NCBI GenBank assembly: GCA_053919585.1
Contig: CM132793.1
From: Euprymna scolopes
Lineage: Eukaryota
Strand: one strand, 5' to 3'
Length of the DNA: 64,000 nucleotides
Shown here: positions 24,891 to 39,485 of the stretch, piece after piece
Layout of the letters: the number at the start of each line of letters is the position of its first letter
Numbering within the stretch: position 1 is the stretch's first letter
The notes under the pieces: generated by a model
What the model saw: the letters and a program-made list of their open reading frames with translations, nothing else
Told to the model about the DNA's origin: nothing
The model's database searches: none
Translations under genes and position numbers: made by a program

Positions 24891-27800
24891 GATCTATTTG
24901 ATAAATATTATTATTCTAAGCTTTGAAAATTTCAATAAAATTGGCAAATCGATTGAAAAGAATTCTATTCAGTGACGGTCATGTTTAGTTATTGTTTTGG
25001 GTTTGGAAGCAGATTTACATCGTTTTTAATAAATTCTCCTTGAAAAGATCAAGTGGAACGTCATTTCACATTCGTGAATTGTTTTCAAAACTTCAGGGAG
25101 CTTCATACTCCATGGAATAAATGTCAATCTCTGTACGATGTCTAGAAATTTTGAGACTGATGCTTAGATCGGCTTTGTTTCATATTTTATATTTCTCGAA
25201 GTTGGTGATGGAGGAGGAGGATGAAAAAGTTTAAATATGCAAACATCGATGTTAATTGTATTGCGCTTTTATTGCTATTTGTGTCGCTATTGTTGATGTT
25301 GATGAGCAATCACTGTCAACTGATCAAGGTAAAAGACATTCTTACGTGTCGACTCTGGTAGGCACAAATGAAAAGCAACAAATTTATTTTGCTTCGAATC
25401 GTCACAAGTTCATCGCTATTACTTCCCACATTCTGCAGTTTTTGGTGATTCAGAATATAAGAAATAATCTCCCCCGCCTCTTTCACACACACACACACAA
25501 TCACACACACACACGCATATATATAATGACTTGTCCGTTTTTAAGCTAATCATACATTTCTATTTTATGATTGATAAAAACAACAGGAGCTGATTTCATA
25601 TTTCAGATATATATTCATGCTTTTCAGATCGTACTAACTTGATACTATATGCAATTATATCGATGGGGATGACCCCATGCTGCTTCGGTTGCTAGGAGAC
25701 TTTGATAGAAAGTAGCAGTCAAGAATCCGTTCTTGATAATCAGTCCAACAAGTTGGCGGGGCTCAGGAAATGACCCAGTACTTGTCGAACTGAGGTACTA
25801 CTTAGGAGGTTCACCACCCTAGGCCTTGCCACCTGGCTTTCGGGTGAGGCAAGTTTGTCGCTTGTTGCTTGAGGCGCCTCTACCGGAGAATGCCGATGGG
25901 GATACCCAGGTAATTTTTGCTAGTGCCTCTCCTTTAGGGCCGCTGGCTTGACATTCCACTTTCCGATCTTGTGTCACACTTTCCTGAGGTGGTCAGCAAG
26001 TTAATGTCTACTATATGCAAATATATGTATATATATAATATCTACATTTTCCTAATTGACCAGTCTCTTTACATAAGTGTTAATTTGTTCAGAAAAAAAA
26101 TGGCTGTCTTTCATCTTTCGAAACTTGACTAACAAAATCATTATAAAGGTTTTGTCACTTTCCTACTGAACAGTCATCTTTTCGAATATGCACTGAATTT
26201 CTAAAATGTTTATATGTCGATAATAGATTTAGATTTACTTAGTAAATTATAAAATTATCGATCATAGAAACCGATTACAATAATTGACATTCACCAGCCA
26301 ATCATCTAATTAGTCAATTTTCAACAAGATTGACTTTCGTTTTCTCTTAATTTCTTTGAGTAATTATTTCAATTTTATAACTGGAAACTTTTCGTAAATA
26401 TTGGACTTTTCAAAACTGCATTCAATAAACTTGGATTTCGGAAAATGTTTGCTGCCTCTGTCCAACGTAGCGTTACTCGATCATATCAAATCGGGAATGA
26501 GTACTTTAGTTTCAACTCTGTTTTTACGTTTACGTCATCAAGTAATACAAATCTGAAAGAACTTTTATCAGCAAAACAATAATCTATAATATTAATTATA
26601 AAGTTTAACAATAAAGTTATAAAATACTAACCTACAGTTAATAGGTTTAAAGTAAATTAAATAAAATTTTATCTCGGGGTTCTTTAGTTTTATAATTAAA
26701 CTATAAAAACAATGACCAATTACGTGGGCCTTTTCTTTTTTTTTATAAAGAAATTATTCCAACTATCTAACTGACATCTTCAATTTATAACAAAATTTAA
26801 ATGAATTACACTTTAAAGATGGACAAATATACAAGATCATTTCGATTTATTTTTTGTATTAATACAGAATTTAAAGTTATAATATTCAAAACCGATGTCA
26901 TGTGTATTTTTCTTCAACTAAATAGAATCTTAATGAAAGCCAGAAAAAACTGCTGAATTCTCCAAATCCCATTGCACAGAAACATTTTATTACTTCCGAT
27001 AGAAATTGTAAAATTTTCGAGTGCACATTTCAAATAAAGCCGTGAAATGCAAAGAAAAAATACGGAGAAAAAACTACGACGAATTGCGTGATATGAAAAC
27101 AATTTTATTTCTACAACACATTTATAAAGAGATAAAAATTCGAGATGATCAGGTCGGTCGTTCTTAGAATAGTTCCATTGTTTCCGGTTTAAAAGTTCCG
27201 TATGTTAAACCATGCGACATTTTTCTCTCGTCTTCGTCTAATTTGAAGAGCATTTGTTGTCCAACTTTCAAGGTTAGTTCAAATATTAAACTCTGTTATT
27301 TTTGTTCCTTTTGCAAATGCTGTTTCTCTTCGTTTCTAAATTATAATCACACTAAGAAAAGTTCCATCTGAAGTTCTTGCAAAGTTAAATCTGTTACTTC
27401 TAAGCGTCCATTTGCTATTCCATTTGTATTTCTTTCGATTGAAAACTCTCTTCATGTATCATGGATTTGTGATCTACTTTCTTACGAGCTGTTGCTTACG
27501 TGATGCACTAAATATTTTTTACATAAATAATCATATGATATTCGCTGCTTCTTAACTGAGGTTTCAAAATGCTTGTCTCTTCAAAAACGTATTCTTGTGT
27601 CTTGTATAGATTCAAATCCAACCAAGCTGTTTTTTCAACATTGAAATTTATTAAAAACCAAATAAATTAAATATAGGAGATCAAATGTTTTCGTTTTGAT
27701 CATCAAATTAAAAATTAAATTCCTTCAATAATTTTATCAAATAACTTTTCACAAATTACTACGATATTCAATGAATGAGACGAGATTATGTATAACATAT

Positions 27801-27942
27801 GTAAAATATATGTGTATATAATATATATATATATATAATATACAATATAATATACATATATAATATAATAGTTTAATATATATATTAAATAGTTTATGTA
27901 TAATATATATTTATAATATACATTATAGATATGCATGATAGA

Positions 27943-28505
27943 TAGAAGTAGGGCAAAATAATGGAAACACCTTTACAAAAATCAACAAAATATAATTTGA
28001 TTGCGGCAATTACAGCCTCAATTCTCCGATGTATTGATTCATACAAATTGTGAATTGTTTCCAAAGGAATTTTGGCCCATTCTTCAATTAAAGTATCCCC
28101 CTGGCTCTATTTGATATGTTGATTAAAAAAATGACTTTTTTTCTTTTTCAGATATTGAAAAGATTGGTCATACCGATAATGGCATACATCTCAGACTTTA
28201 AAGAGTCAAAATTGTTGGTGCTCGTATGGTAGACGCTAGGGCAAGAGAGACTTTCCAAATGCTTGGTGTTTCAATAGCTACTGTCTCACAAGTAATGACT
28301 GCCTTTAGAAGATAAGGAAAAACGTCTTCATCAAAGCACAAGTCTGGGCAAAAGTTGAAATTGTCTGAGAAAGACCGTCGGGCGCTAAATCGAATTGTTG
28401 AAAAGAAGTGTAAGACCACGGCTCCTAAAATCACTACAGAGCCCAATGAACACTTGCAGAACAGTTTTCATAAAAATAGTCTGTCGAGAGATGCACAAAC
28501 TTGGA
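27943..28505 (+). mobile_element. Tc1-like transposon left part: terminal sequence, antisense C-terminal coding piece, N-terminal transposase
   Basis: From ATG 28179: MAYISDFKRVKIVGARM..LGVSIATVSQVM..SGQKLKLSEKDRRALNRIV (Tc1 paired-like HTH, one stop). Minus strand 27995-28097 reads DTLIEEWAKIPLETIHNLYESIHRRIEAVIAA (Tc1 C-terminus). Confidence 0.8.
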
Positions 28506-29144
28506 TTGGAAAAACATTCTAATGAAGTTGAACATCTCATGTGACCACCGAAATCCTCAAAATAATTCAGCATTTATGATCGGGTTTAGGGATTCAAGTA
28601 AGAAGTCGATTTCCGCCGCCATCGTCTCTAAAAGATACTCTGAAGTTTTTAAACTATGTGCAAACAAGCAAAATTATGTCTAGTCTAGATATTTTGCTAA
28701 TTATTTCCTAGTCTAGATATTTCGCAAATTATTTTCTTTTGAGGATGAGGGTCATTCTTTGAAACTCCATGGATTAAAAAAGAAATTTAATCTGTATACG
28801 TTGTTTCGAATAAAAAGAAGTTTGTAAATTTTAATTTGCAAATTTTAAACTTCTTTTTTATACAGATGCTCTATCATGAATATTTTTATCTGGTTAGGAT
28901 TGTAAACATTAGTAATTGATTTTTATAAACTCTGTTAAGTTTCCATATATCTCCATTTTATAATCTTCAATTCTGAAATTTATAATATATAAATACATAT
29001 ATATAAGATAATAATATAAAGACATATATACATAGTATATACATATTATATTTAATATATGATATAGTATATAAATGATCTATAGAATATATACATATAT
29101 ATTATAATATACACATATACAATATAATGTATACGTATATATCA

Positions 29145-29548
29145 TAATTAGGGCTGTGATAACAGCATATTTTTTCATTGTTTTGACTCTTAAGTATATA
29201 TCCGTTAATATCTTATATGTTTTTATATAGACGGATGTGGTTCTCGGTTTATTAAGTGTGTCTAACTGTGCCGGATATATGCCCGAGAGTCCAAACAATG
29301 AAAAGAATATTCTATTGTCAGAGCCTCAATTATAATATACACATATATGTACATATATATAATAATCCGGGCTATGACGACGGAATATTTTCTTCATTGT
29401 TTTGACTCTCGAGTATATATCTGACACAGATACACTTGATCAACTGAGAACCACACCACTCTATATAAAACATGTAAGATATCAACGGATACACATTCGA
29501 GAGTCAAAACAATGAAAAGAATATGCTGCTGTCCTAGCCCTAATAATT
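29145..29548. mobile_element. Two diverged copies of an approximately 190-bp palindromic MITE-like unit in inverted orientation
   Basis: Each unit has CATTGTTTTGACTCT...AGAGTC(C/A)AAACAATG arms. Unit 29362-29548 is the approximate reverse complement of 29145-29335. Confidence 0.7.
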
Positions 29549-30080
29549 NNNNNNNNNNNNNNNNNNNNNNNNNNNNNNNNNNNNNNNNNNNNNNNNNNNN
29601 NNNNNNNNNNNNNNNNNNNNNNNNNNNNNNNNNNNNNNNNNNNNNNNNNNNNNNNNNNNNNNNNNNNNNNNNNNNNNNNNNNNNNNNNNNNNNNNNNNNN
29701 NNNNNNNNNNNNNNNNNNNNNNNNNNNNNNNNNNNNNNNNNNNNNNNNNNNNNNNNNNNNNNNNNNNNNNNNNNNNNNNNNNNNNNNNNNNNNNNNNNNN
29801 NNNNNNNNNNNNNNNNNNNNNNNNNNNNNNNNNNNNNNNNNNNNNNNNNNNNNNNNNNNNNNNNNNNNNNNNNNNNNNNNNNNNNNNNNNNNNNNNNNNN
29901 NNNNNNNNNNNNNNNNNNNNNNNNNNNNNNNNNNNNNNNNNNNNNNNNNNNNNNNNNNNNNNNNNNNNNNNNNNNNNNNNNNNNNNNNNNNNNNNNNNNN
30001 NNNNNNNNNNNNNNNNNNNNNNNNNNNNNNNNNNNNNNNNNNNNNNNNNNNNNNNNNNNNNNNNNNNNNNNNNNNNNNNN
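29549..30080. other. Assembly gap
   Basis: Run of N. Confidence 1.
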
Positions 30081-30201
30081 NTAATACTGGGCGCAATGCC
30101 ATTATTCATCATTAGCGTATTTTTCTTTTCTCTCTCTCCCTCCCTATATATATATTTATACGTATTGTTTTGAACTTTTTACTGAAGAAATAAATATATG
30201 T

Positions 30202-30252
<51 letters not shown>

Positions 30253-30740
30253 TATATATTGTAATAGGAAGGGAAGACAAGAAACAACTCGAACATAGTT
30301 ATTTTAAGAGTAGAAGCTTTCTCAACGAACGCCTATAAATTATGGGTAATTTTTTTTTTTTTTTTTTTTTTGCTTACACTGAGACGGTTGATGTAAGTCA
30401 ATAGTAACTGCCTCGAGAATTTTTAAATGTGTTGTCGCGCATGCTCTGTGCAAAATAGTGAAAACTTTGTCATGCAGACATAACTTTAATTATTTAAATG
30501 TTTAATAAAATTATGTACTAATAAAAATATATACATATATATAGTTACATATATACACATACATGCATGTATATATGCATATACATATATATAGATACTA
30601 CATATATCATAGATACATACATATATGCATATAGACATGTACATATGTAACGTGTTGCTTTAATCTATCTAATCACAATCATAAGTCAAATTCTATGCCT
30701 CTGCGGTTCTATGCTCATTTTAACAAAGTTGATTTTACTC

Positions 30741-30801
<61 letters not shown>

Positions 30802-30840
30802 TCACTGATAATATTAATATAAACACAGATTTGTGAAATA

Positions 30841-31789
30841 GGTTATCCTGACGCTCCGCACTTCTTTGTTTACCTTGGAAGTGACGTCACACAAATCTTA
30901 TAATACGGATGGCTACAATTGTAAAAATAATGTTTTATTTTTCTTTCATTTTGAGCTCCTTTTTTCTCCCGTTTTGTTTTTTTTTTTGTTTTCTACAATT
31001 AATAAACCAGTTTACAAGTAAAAAATAATTTGTTTTACTTATATAGTTTTTTAACAGATGCTTATGCAGTTTAATTAACCGTTTTAACATAAGTAACGTG
31101 CCGACATTAACCAAGCAGAAGAACTGTTTATTATTTTACACCGCTTCCCACCAAATGTAAACAGGTAATTTTAAAGAATTTTCCGATGGTAGAAAGGAAG
31201 CCCCCACCCAAAAAAAAATCATGGCCACAAAGTGGGTGATCATTTTACGTTAAATTATTATAGAAAAGTGATCCCCCCACTTTTTAAAACTAACATTTCT
31301 TCATATCTTGGAAACTACTCGTTTGCTGTAATTTTAAACGTTATTTTCGTTTTCAGCGACCCTGAAAACCTTTAAGAGTGGTAAGTTTAAAGGAATTTTC
31401 GAGGGTGGAGTAATTCTTCATATTTACCTTTTTTTTAATTGAATTGTTAGGTGAAAGTACAGAATAGTTACAATACACCCTCCCTTCCCCATGTTAAATA
31501 ATAGGTTTCTAAATAATAGCGTTAAAAAATAGCTCGGGTCGTAAAGTGCAGGACTGCAGGAGTACCTATAAAAGGTAACGCCGGATCGGAAAACGAGCTC
31601 AAAATGAAAATAAAATAAATTCTCCGCTCAAAATAATGGGAGAAAAAAAAAGTTAAACGGGAGAAAAAAAGGAGCTCAAAATGAAAGAAAAATAAAACAA
31701 ATTATTTTTACAATTGTAGCCATCCGTATTATAAGATTTGTGACGTCACTTCCGAGGTAAACAAAGAAGTGCGGAGCGTCAAGATAACC
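30841..31789. mobile_element. Non-autonomous TIR element, 949 bp (Merlin- or Mutator-like)
   Basis: TIRs of about 135 bp, GGTTATCYTGACGCTCCGCACTTC..., and a perfect 8-bp TSD GTGAAATA at 30833-30840 and 31790-31797. No ORF. Confidence 0.9.
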
Positions 31790-34700
31790 GTGAAATATTT
31801 TGAGGCAATTTTTCATTAACATTCAAAAATATCACTTTAAAATTTATATTTTACTTGTGAATATCTTTCATAGGTTTTTTTTTTTTTTTACTAAATCTCC
31901 AATATATCCATTTCATTCTTACAAATCGTTTCCAATATTAGAAAATCGTTTAATTGAAAAAGAAATATACGACTCTATGCCATAAATGAGACTTTGATTT
32001 TGAAACTAATGAATTGCAAATCAGATTTTACTCCAGATAATGAGAGGTGTAATTCAGGATTGCGATGAAGACGACAACGCATTCAGATCACATTAGCATC
32101 TACGAGCCACGCTACATTGATCTCACATTTCATAAAGACCAACCATCATTGGCTGATCAGATCATAAAATGGACAACGGTTGAAAAACTAAAAAATATGA
32201 CTTTTTTGTTGTTGTTGTTTTGTTTTTTTAAATAGTTCATGACAAGAATCCTCGTCATTATTAGTAAGAGATCAATAAGTTACAAACGTGATTATATTCT
32301 CATGTAAATGACTATCGGAGATAGAATTGTTTTTCAGCCTGAATATTTGTCTAATGAAGAATATTCTATATCAAATATGGAAGAATGTCTCTTGGATAAT
32401 GTTTACTTTAAAAAAAAAGAAAGTATGAATCTGATTATGTAATTGTGATTAACTAGGAGGAAAATAAAACAAGTGTCTCGTTGGAGAACATCTGAAGGCA
32501 AACATGTAGACATTTTCTCAATAAAAAGTTACTTTTTGATCCTGACTGCAAAGACTAATCCTGAACACTTAGACAAAAACTTCATGGACAAATGGACATT
32601 CAATTTAGAAATATTTTGATAAATTGCTGAAAATTAATCCTAGATCTCTCACCACAGTACTTTTGATCAAATTATTTTCAAATCATTTTGTAGCGAACTT
32701 TATTTAGGCCTCAGGACAAAAATGGAAAATAAGTTTGATGACGTGGAATTGGTCAGGTGTCACATTATGTGAGACACATTCTTTAGCATAAATGATCAGA
32801 AAAAAAAAAGCTGAATGATTAACTCGGTAAATTGTATTAAGCAAAACTTTTGAGCCATTCTTTATTCTTGCGATATATAAAAATATCGGCATACCCCAAT
32901 GATTTCGAATATCCGAATAACAAGTATGATTCGTGAAGAAATTTGGGCGTTTCTCTTTAGATGAAAATATGTATTAAGGCTTTAAAATGTTGTTCATTTG
33001 AAAAAAACATAAACGAGAAACGGTGCCAAGACTTTTTTTTTTTAGTTTTATTATTAGATTTTATTCTTCATATTCAAAGAACTTTAATACATATATCCAT
33101 GAAATGAAAATATTAAGAATGTATTCAAAATTATACCTACTAATAAAATTTAATAAATAATATTTTAAAAATATATTTATTGGTAATTTTATAAAAATTA
33201 TTTTAGGTTGATTTTTTTATGCTAATGAATATGCGAATAAATCACAAATTGTATCTAAAAAGAAAAATTTGGATTGAAAATTTCAGGACATATGTAAAAC
33301 TTGTTTATTGAATATTTATTTTGGTAATTCGAAGCAGATGGCGCTTCCTGATTTATTATGGAGAGAAAAGTGGAAGGGGGGTGTTCAAAGAAAAAAAGAT
33401 TCTAAAGAACAAGATGCAGTTTTTTTTTTTTCTTTTATATTATTTCATAAATAGTTACATTGATTTCGTCGCAGCTCAGATACAACTCTTTATCACTGCT
33501 CTACAATACTTGTGCTCTTCTCAGTTGTCGGTTTCATTCACTGACACAAAGTGGTGTTCAGCGACTATACAGGTCCATTAGGAGGGAATTCAGCTGCACT
33601 AAGAATTAACTCAGTGATAGATTTTTTTTTTTTTTTTTTTTTTTTTTCAATATTTCAGATCCTTATATTGTTGTTGCCCCTAAAATAATGAGTGGGGCTA
33701 ATTTATCACACATTCGCAAATTACTACAAGTTCAGACATCACCACATTCACCTCAAATAGAAAGAAAAAATGGTAATAAAATAGAAAATTTCAATTGTTA
33801 ATCTCAAAAGAAAGAAGAAAGGAAACAAAGAGACTCTTTCTCTTTTTATATTACCAAAAAGACAAAACAAATGAAAAAAATCTAAAAAATAAATGATAAA
33901 ATAAATAACAGATAAACCAACACAACAGAAAGATGGAAGAAACTAGACAAGGATGACAAGTGTAATTGTCTGGACTGAAATGAACATCTTACATTTATTT
34001 GATATACTTAAACAATTAGTCCAAAATCCAATCCTAAAAATGTCTTTCTTGTTTCTACTGAGAGAAAGAAGGAAATACACATTTGTTTTACTGGGACGAT
34101 TCATTTTTTTTTGTTGTTTTTTTTTTTTTGTTTTGTTTTTTTTCATAGACATTTTAACATTAACATTTCTTTTATTTTCATATCTTTTTTTACAAGCAAT
34201 GTGTGTGTTTGTTGTAAAGTGGTGCGTTGCCTGGGGTTTTAGGAACTTCTTGTAATATCGACTGTAGATCTGGCCTTGCTGTTGCCACTACAAACATCTA
34301 ACCCAATCAAAGAGATGGTTCTGTAAGATCAGACGACAAAAAAAAAACAAAAAAAAACAAAAAAAAAAAAACTAAGGAATTTTCTGATTTGCACAGACCT
34401 CCAGATTATCAAAATGGATCAGATAGAAGAATGAGATAAACAAAAAACAAAAATAGATACCCAATTTTACGATTACCTCCCCCTCTTCTTCTGTTGAGAA
34501 TGGAAATCGGAGGTCAACTAGAAAAGTGACTTCTAAAGACCATTTTGTTCAGTCTCTACTTGCTCAGCAGGTGGGAACATATTTTTTTTTTAAGGCAAAT
34601 AATTCAACCATTCATACAAATGACCTATCTTGATGATGACCTGGCTTCATACACCCACCACCACCACATACACATTCTCTTCATTCAGTCGACTTTAGCT

Positions 34701-37700
34701 TCCCATATCTCCAAAACGAAGATAACTAGTTAGTGGAGTTTAGTACCAGATTGTACTCACTAACACAATACTACTGCAATGACATTTTTTTTTTTTACTT
34801 TCATAAGGTCGAAGGTCATTCCTGCAAATAATGACAATCCAAAAACTTCAAATCACCGGTTTTCATAAAATTCCTATTCAGTTTTAGAGGACCAGAAATG
34901 ATACAGAGGGTCGGGCGTTTTCTCAAGAACCAAGACTATAAACGCCATTCCACCCGAACAAACAACTAGGCTAACTGGTGACGTGTTAAATTTCAAAGAG
35001 GAGTGAAAACTCAAGTTCATACATTGTAGGCGAAAGGCAAGTATCATCCGTCATTGAGAACTGGATTTGGACATCTCTCGGGTTGACAAAGGACTTGTCT
35101 TCATGTTTGTTTTCCAATGTTTTTTTTTAATGCTGACTTATATCTAGGAAATATATCTTATCATTAGCATTGAACTACTCTCATAAAGGGATAGTCAATG
35201 TAGATAATCTCCATTAAGTCAGAAAAGTGTTAAGTGGACGGGGCAATTGAGTGACACAAAAAAGGAAAAAAAAAAAGGAGCGTACCAATTGACGATAGTA
35301 CGAAAATAAAGACTAATAACTCAAAATATTTTGGTCGGAATTCTTCAAAGAGGCAACCAAAAATAAAAACAGTTTCAAAAAATAGATACGCAATCACTAT
35401 CAAGACACAATGAAAAAAGTCTTTTTTGTGGTTTTCTTTAGATACATGTGCATTATATTTTTATATCTGAAATACTACATCACAAAGACAATGTTCGTTC
35501 AACATTTGTTTACGAGAATAAATTAATAATCTTTTCTTTTTTTTTTTCAAATATAAAGTCTTTAAATTCTACATAAATGGTTTCTATATGTGCCAAGCAC
35601 ACTAGATTTCTTAGTACTATTGTTTCATGGGGAAATTTACCTTTTTTTTATCATGATTCGAATAACGGAACAAAGCAATTTCTACAGCAGTAAACAAATT
35701 AACTTTGGAGATACAAAACTGCATGTATGATATACACACACACAAATATATATATATATATATATATTTGTGTGTGTGTGTATTATATACACCTATGACT
35801 GAAAGTTTATAATTTCAAACTTGATTTTATGAGCCATGAAGCAATAGCACTTAATCTATGCCAGTAAAAGAAAATTATCAATGAACTGAATGATAAGAAA
35901 GAGAATAGAGAAACAAAATATTACATCTAAATTGATAAAAAATAAAATTATGATTTTAAGGCAAATTCTACTTGACCAAGATGAGAAGAATGAACCATAA
36001 CTCGCATGGGTAACACGTAGCAGACGATTTTAACAATCAAATAACTTGAAAGCTACAAGTTAAAAGTAGAAACAATAAAAAATGATAGAAATGAAACACA
36101 TACGTCAACATCCACCTTTAATGTTAGAATCGATTAGCTACCAAACTTTGGACCTTTTTTTTTTAATTAGACAAAATAGCTATTTCAGTTCATCACATAC
36201 TTTTGCTTAAGTGAACTATAATAATAATAATAATAAACAAGTCAAGTAAAAAAAGGTAACACCTACTAATAACCGTGTTTTGAGCGAAGCTGGACAACAA
36301 AGATAAAAACAAATCAATAAACATTTTTATATAAATAAAAAGTAAAAAAATAAAACGTACAACGAATGTGACTTTTGTACTGTACCCCAAGAAAGGAATT
36401 ATATATAGGTTTCAGTTCATTCAAAATGAGCAGTCAATTCTATTCTTTGGAAAAAAAAAAAAAAAAAAAAAAGAATGAGATTTCCATTGTCAAAAAAAGG
36501 AAAGTAAGCATCTCTGTATCCTTCTACGAGTGACTGCTCGTTTTATTTTTATTTGCTATGGGTTGACTTATGGAAATAAAAATCACTTTTCTATTTACAA
36601 AGTAAAGAACAGAGGTTTCTATGAAAACATTGTCTTCAAATATAGTGCGCTTGGTGGGGAATGAACAAAAAATCATTCTTAGATTTGCGGTCCCTGTGTT
36701 AGATTTATTCTTCTTCTGAAATAAAAGAGCAAGTTACTCTCATTTGCAATTGTCATAAATTGCCAGATTGAGCAATAGCATCGGCAACATTATCAATATA
36801 TAATGCTGCTAGAAAAAGCATGATGATTGCTAACACCACTATAGGATGAAGACAGCCAACTAGAGTGCTAGAATCAACAAGACTACACTGATTGGGTTTT
36901 AGCAGAAATTGTACATCTCAGTTGTGGTGTCTTGGGCAGCTTTTGATTAAAGCTATATATGTTCAAATGTGTGTGTTTGAATAAAAAAGAAAATGTACTG
37001 AGGAGAGGCAGAAAGGAAACATGGTATAGAAGAATCGTGCATAGGTTTGTACACAACTCCTTAATCGATAACAACTTAAAAAACCGGGTGGGCACAAGCA
37101 TCGCAAGCGACGAGTAAGAGGAGTTGCTGCTGACTGCTAGCAAAAAAAGAGCATTTGGGTTGGGGGTTCGTTTTAAATTGAGATAGAATCTGGCACTGTT
37201 GAGCAAGCTGAATGTGTTGAATGACCACAGATAGAAGTGATCAGCAAAATTGGGTAAAAGAGAGCATCATCATCATCATCTATCTTTAGTTCTGCAAAAG
37301 ACAGCAAAGTACCTCAAAAAGATTTACTTTTTTTTTTCTGTTCATTCAATTTTAATTGAAGTAGAAATAAAAGGAGTCCAAAAATAGACATTTTCAGATG
37401 AACGCATTTCATTAAAAGCGACTAACAATCAAATCAGATGACAACAATGGTTTATCGGATTTGATTCTGTTGAGCAGAACTGAAGATGTATGATTGTAAT
37501 TTATAAAAGGGAAAACAGGAGGAGGAGGAGGAGGAAAGAGAGAGGAGAGTGTCAGTGGTCTGTGAGAAGACAGAATATCACATGCAATGGAAAGCATAAC
37601 ACGGTGACAGACTTGTTTGGAGTACACTTTAGTTTTTAGTGTTTTATTATATGAGGTTCTTAATTCCATATCCAGGTGACAGGCTTGGCTGGCAGACAAC

Positions 37701-37879
37701 ACACACAAGCACAGATTTGTAACGGTTCGTAATACACAGTCGTGTTTAGCAAAGCAAGAAGCATAACTACACTGTTACTTGGCAGCAATGGCAAAGACGG
37801 CAGAGGCAGCTTTTGTGACCTCAAGAAGACTCACCTCCAACAACCAATTGGATTTTGTCTAGCAAAGTTTCTTTTTTTC

Positions 37880-37912
<33 letters not shown>

Positions 37913-38408
37913 GTTTCTACAACTAAGACATGCAAATACAAGCAGTGTTAAAAGAATTGGTTTCCATTCCAGTTTTCTTGGTCTGTGACATATACAGCTT
38001 ACAGGACTCCAACCGAAAGGAAAATTAGAAAACTCATAAAAACAGCAGCAGATTTTTGTCAACTTGGATTTTGTAATCACGTTTATGTTCAAATATATAA
38101 GAATTTCTTTTATAACATTAACTCCAGAATGAATGACAAAAGGGGGAAATATTTTACATAATGGAAGAAGACGATGTAAAAATGGACTTGTGTTCAGTTT
38201 AGGAATTAACAAATTCTGAGAATTATTTAACTTTTACACAAATGAGAAAATAATTATTTTGATGTTTTATTAGAGATCAGCTAATTTTGAAAGTTAATTT
38301 CGTTTAAAAAATGAGAAATTTAATCAAATACGTCTATTTTACTTGAAATGTTGATTTCTTTGTAAAATTGGATGATTTTACGATCAAAATTTTCAATATC
38401 ATTTGACA

Positions 38409-38457
<49 letters not shown>

Positions 38458-39431
38458 TGGACAAGGTTAGTAATTATGTCAACAAATGAATAGTTTAACG
38501 ATCCATCAAATTCTTATCTTCAAAGCAAATTTATTCATTTACTTAATTAAAGAAAAGACTCAAACATGGTTTTAAAATGGTGCATGGTGGTGGTGGGGGA
38601 GGGTCCAGATTGGAAGGAGATTATTATAATCTATTTGTGTAGATTATGAAAAGAAATTGTATGGTCAGTAAGAAGGGAAATTGAATTCATACAAAAATCA
38701 TGTTAATTGTATAAATATTTGCAAAAAAAAAAAAATAATAATAATAATCTGTTAAGTAGTTAAAACTGAAACTCTGGACAGAATAGATGTAGAAAATGGA
38801 AGCTGGTTATAAGTCGGGACATAACAACTCAACCAGTATGGAGGAGTTTTTATTTTATGCCATCGGCAAAAGGGCAACGCACGTTTGACTAAGCACTGCA
38901 AAAAGCTAAAAAAAATGGCAGAAGAATACACAATGCAGACAGAATAAGCAGAGGAAAAAATATTGGTTGAAGTCCTGAAAGTTTGAGAAACGGCTGGAAA
39001 AATCCTGTGGCTACCTTTGAGCTACACAGCCGACATAGAGAAGCTAAGCAAATGTTATGCAGGCTTTGCTAATAAATAGACCAAAACACCATGAAAAGTT
39101 TAAACATCAGATTTTTCGATGACTGGATTTCGAAAATAAACAAATTTTCTCAATAACAATTTACAACAAAGAATAAACCGTGAAAGAGAAAAGATTTTCT
39201 TTTGCAATATTTAAAAAAAAATAAAATAAAATAAAATAAAAAAAAACAGTCCCTTTTTTCATGACACGGCTCGTTCTAACCAATAATGTTGTTCATATAA
39301 CAGTACATAACAAACATGAGAAAAAGAACAAAAAATCAGACTATGACTACCGGCTTCAGCGTTACCTCTGCCAATAGTAATAATTAGTCATTAAAATTAG
39401 TAGTGGGGAGGGGGAGTGAGTGTATGTACAT

Positions 39432-39485
<54 letters not shown>

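Noticed and set aside
25670-26010. GC-richer island, perhaps a LINE 5' UTR or SINE
   Set aside because: No clear A/B boxes, tail or TSD.
26650-27650. Possible Penelope RT-thumb/GIY-YIG remnant on the minus strand
   Set aside because: No intact diagnostic motif could be read.
29482-30112. Long ORFs of 190-206 aa
   Set aside because: They consist of N-gap translation.
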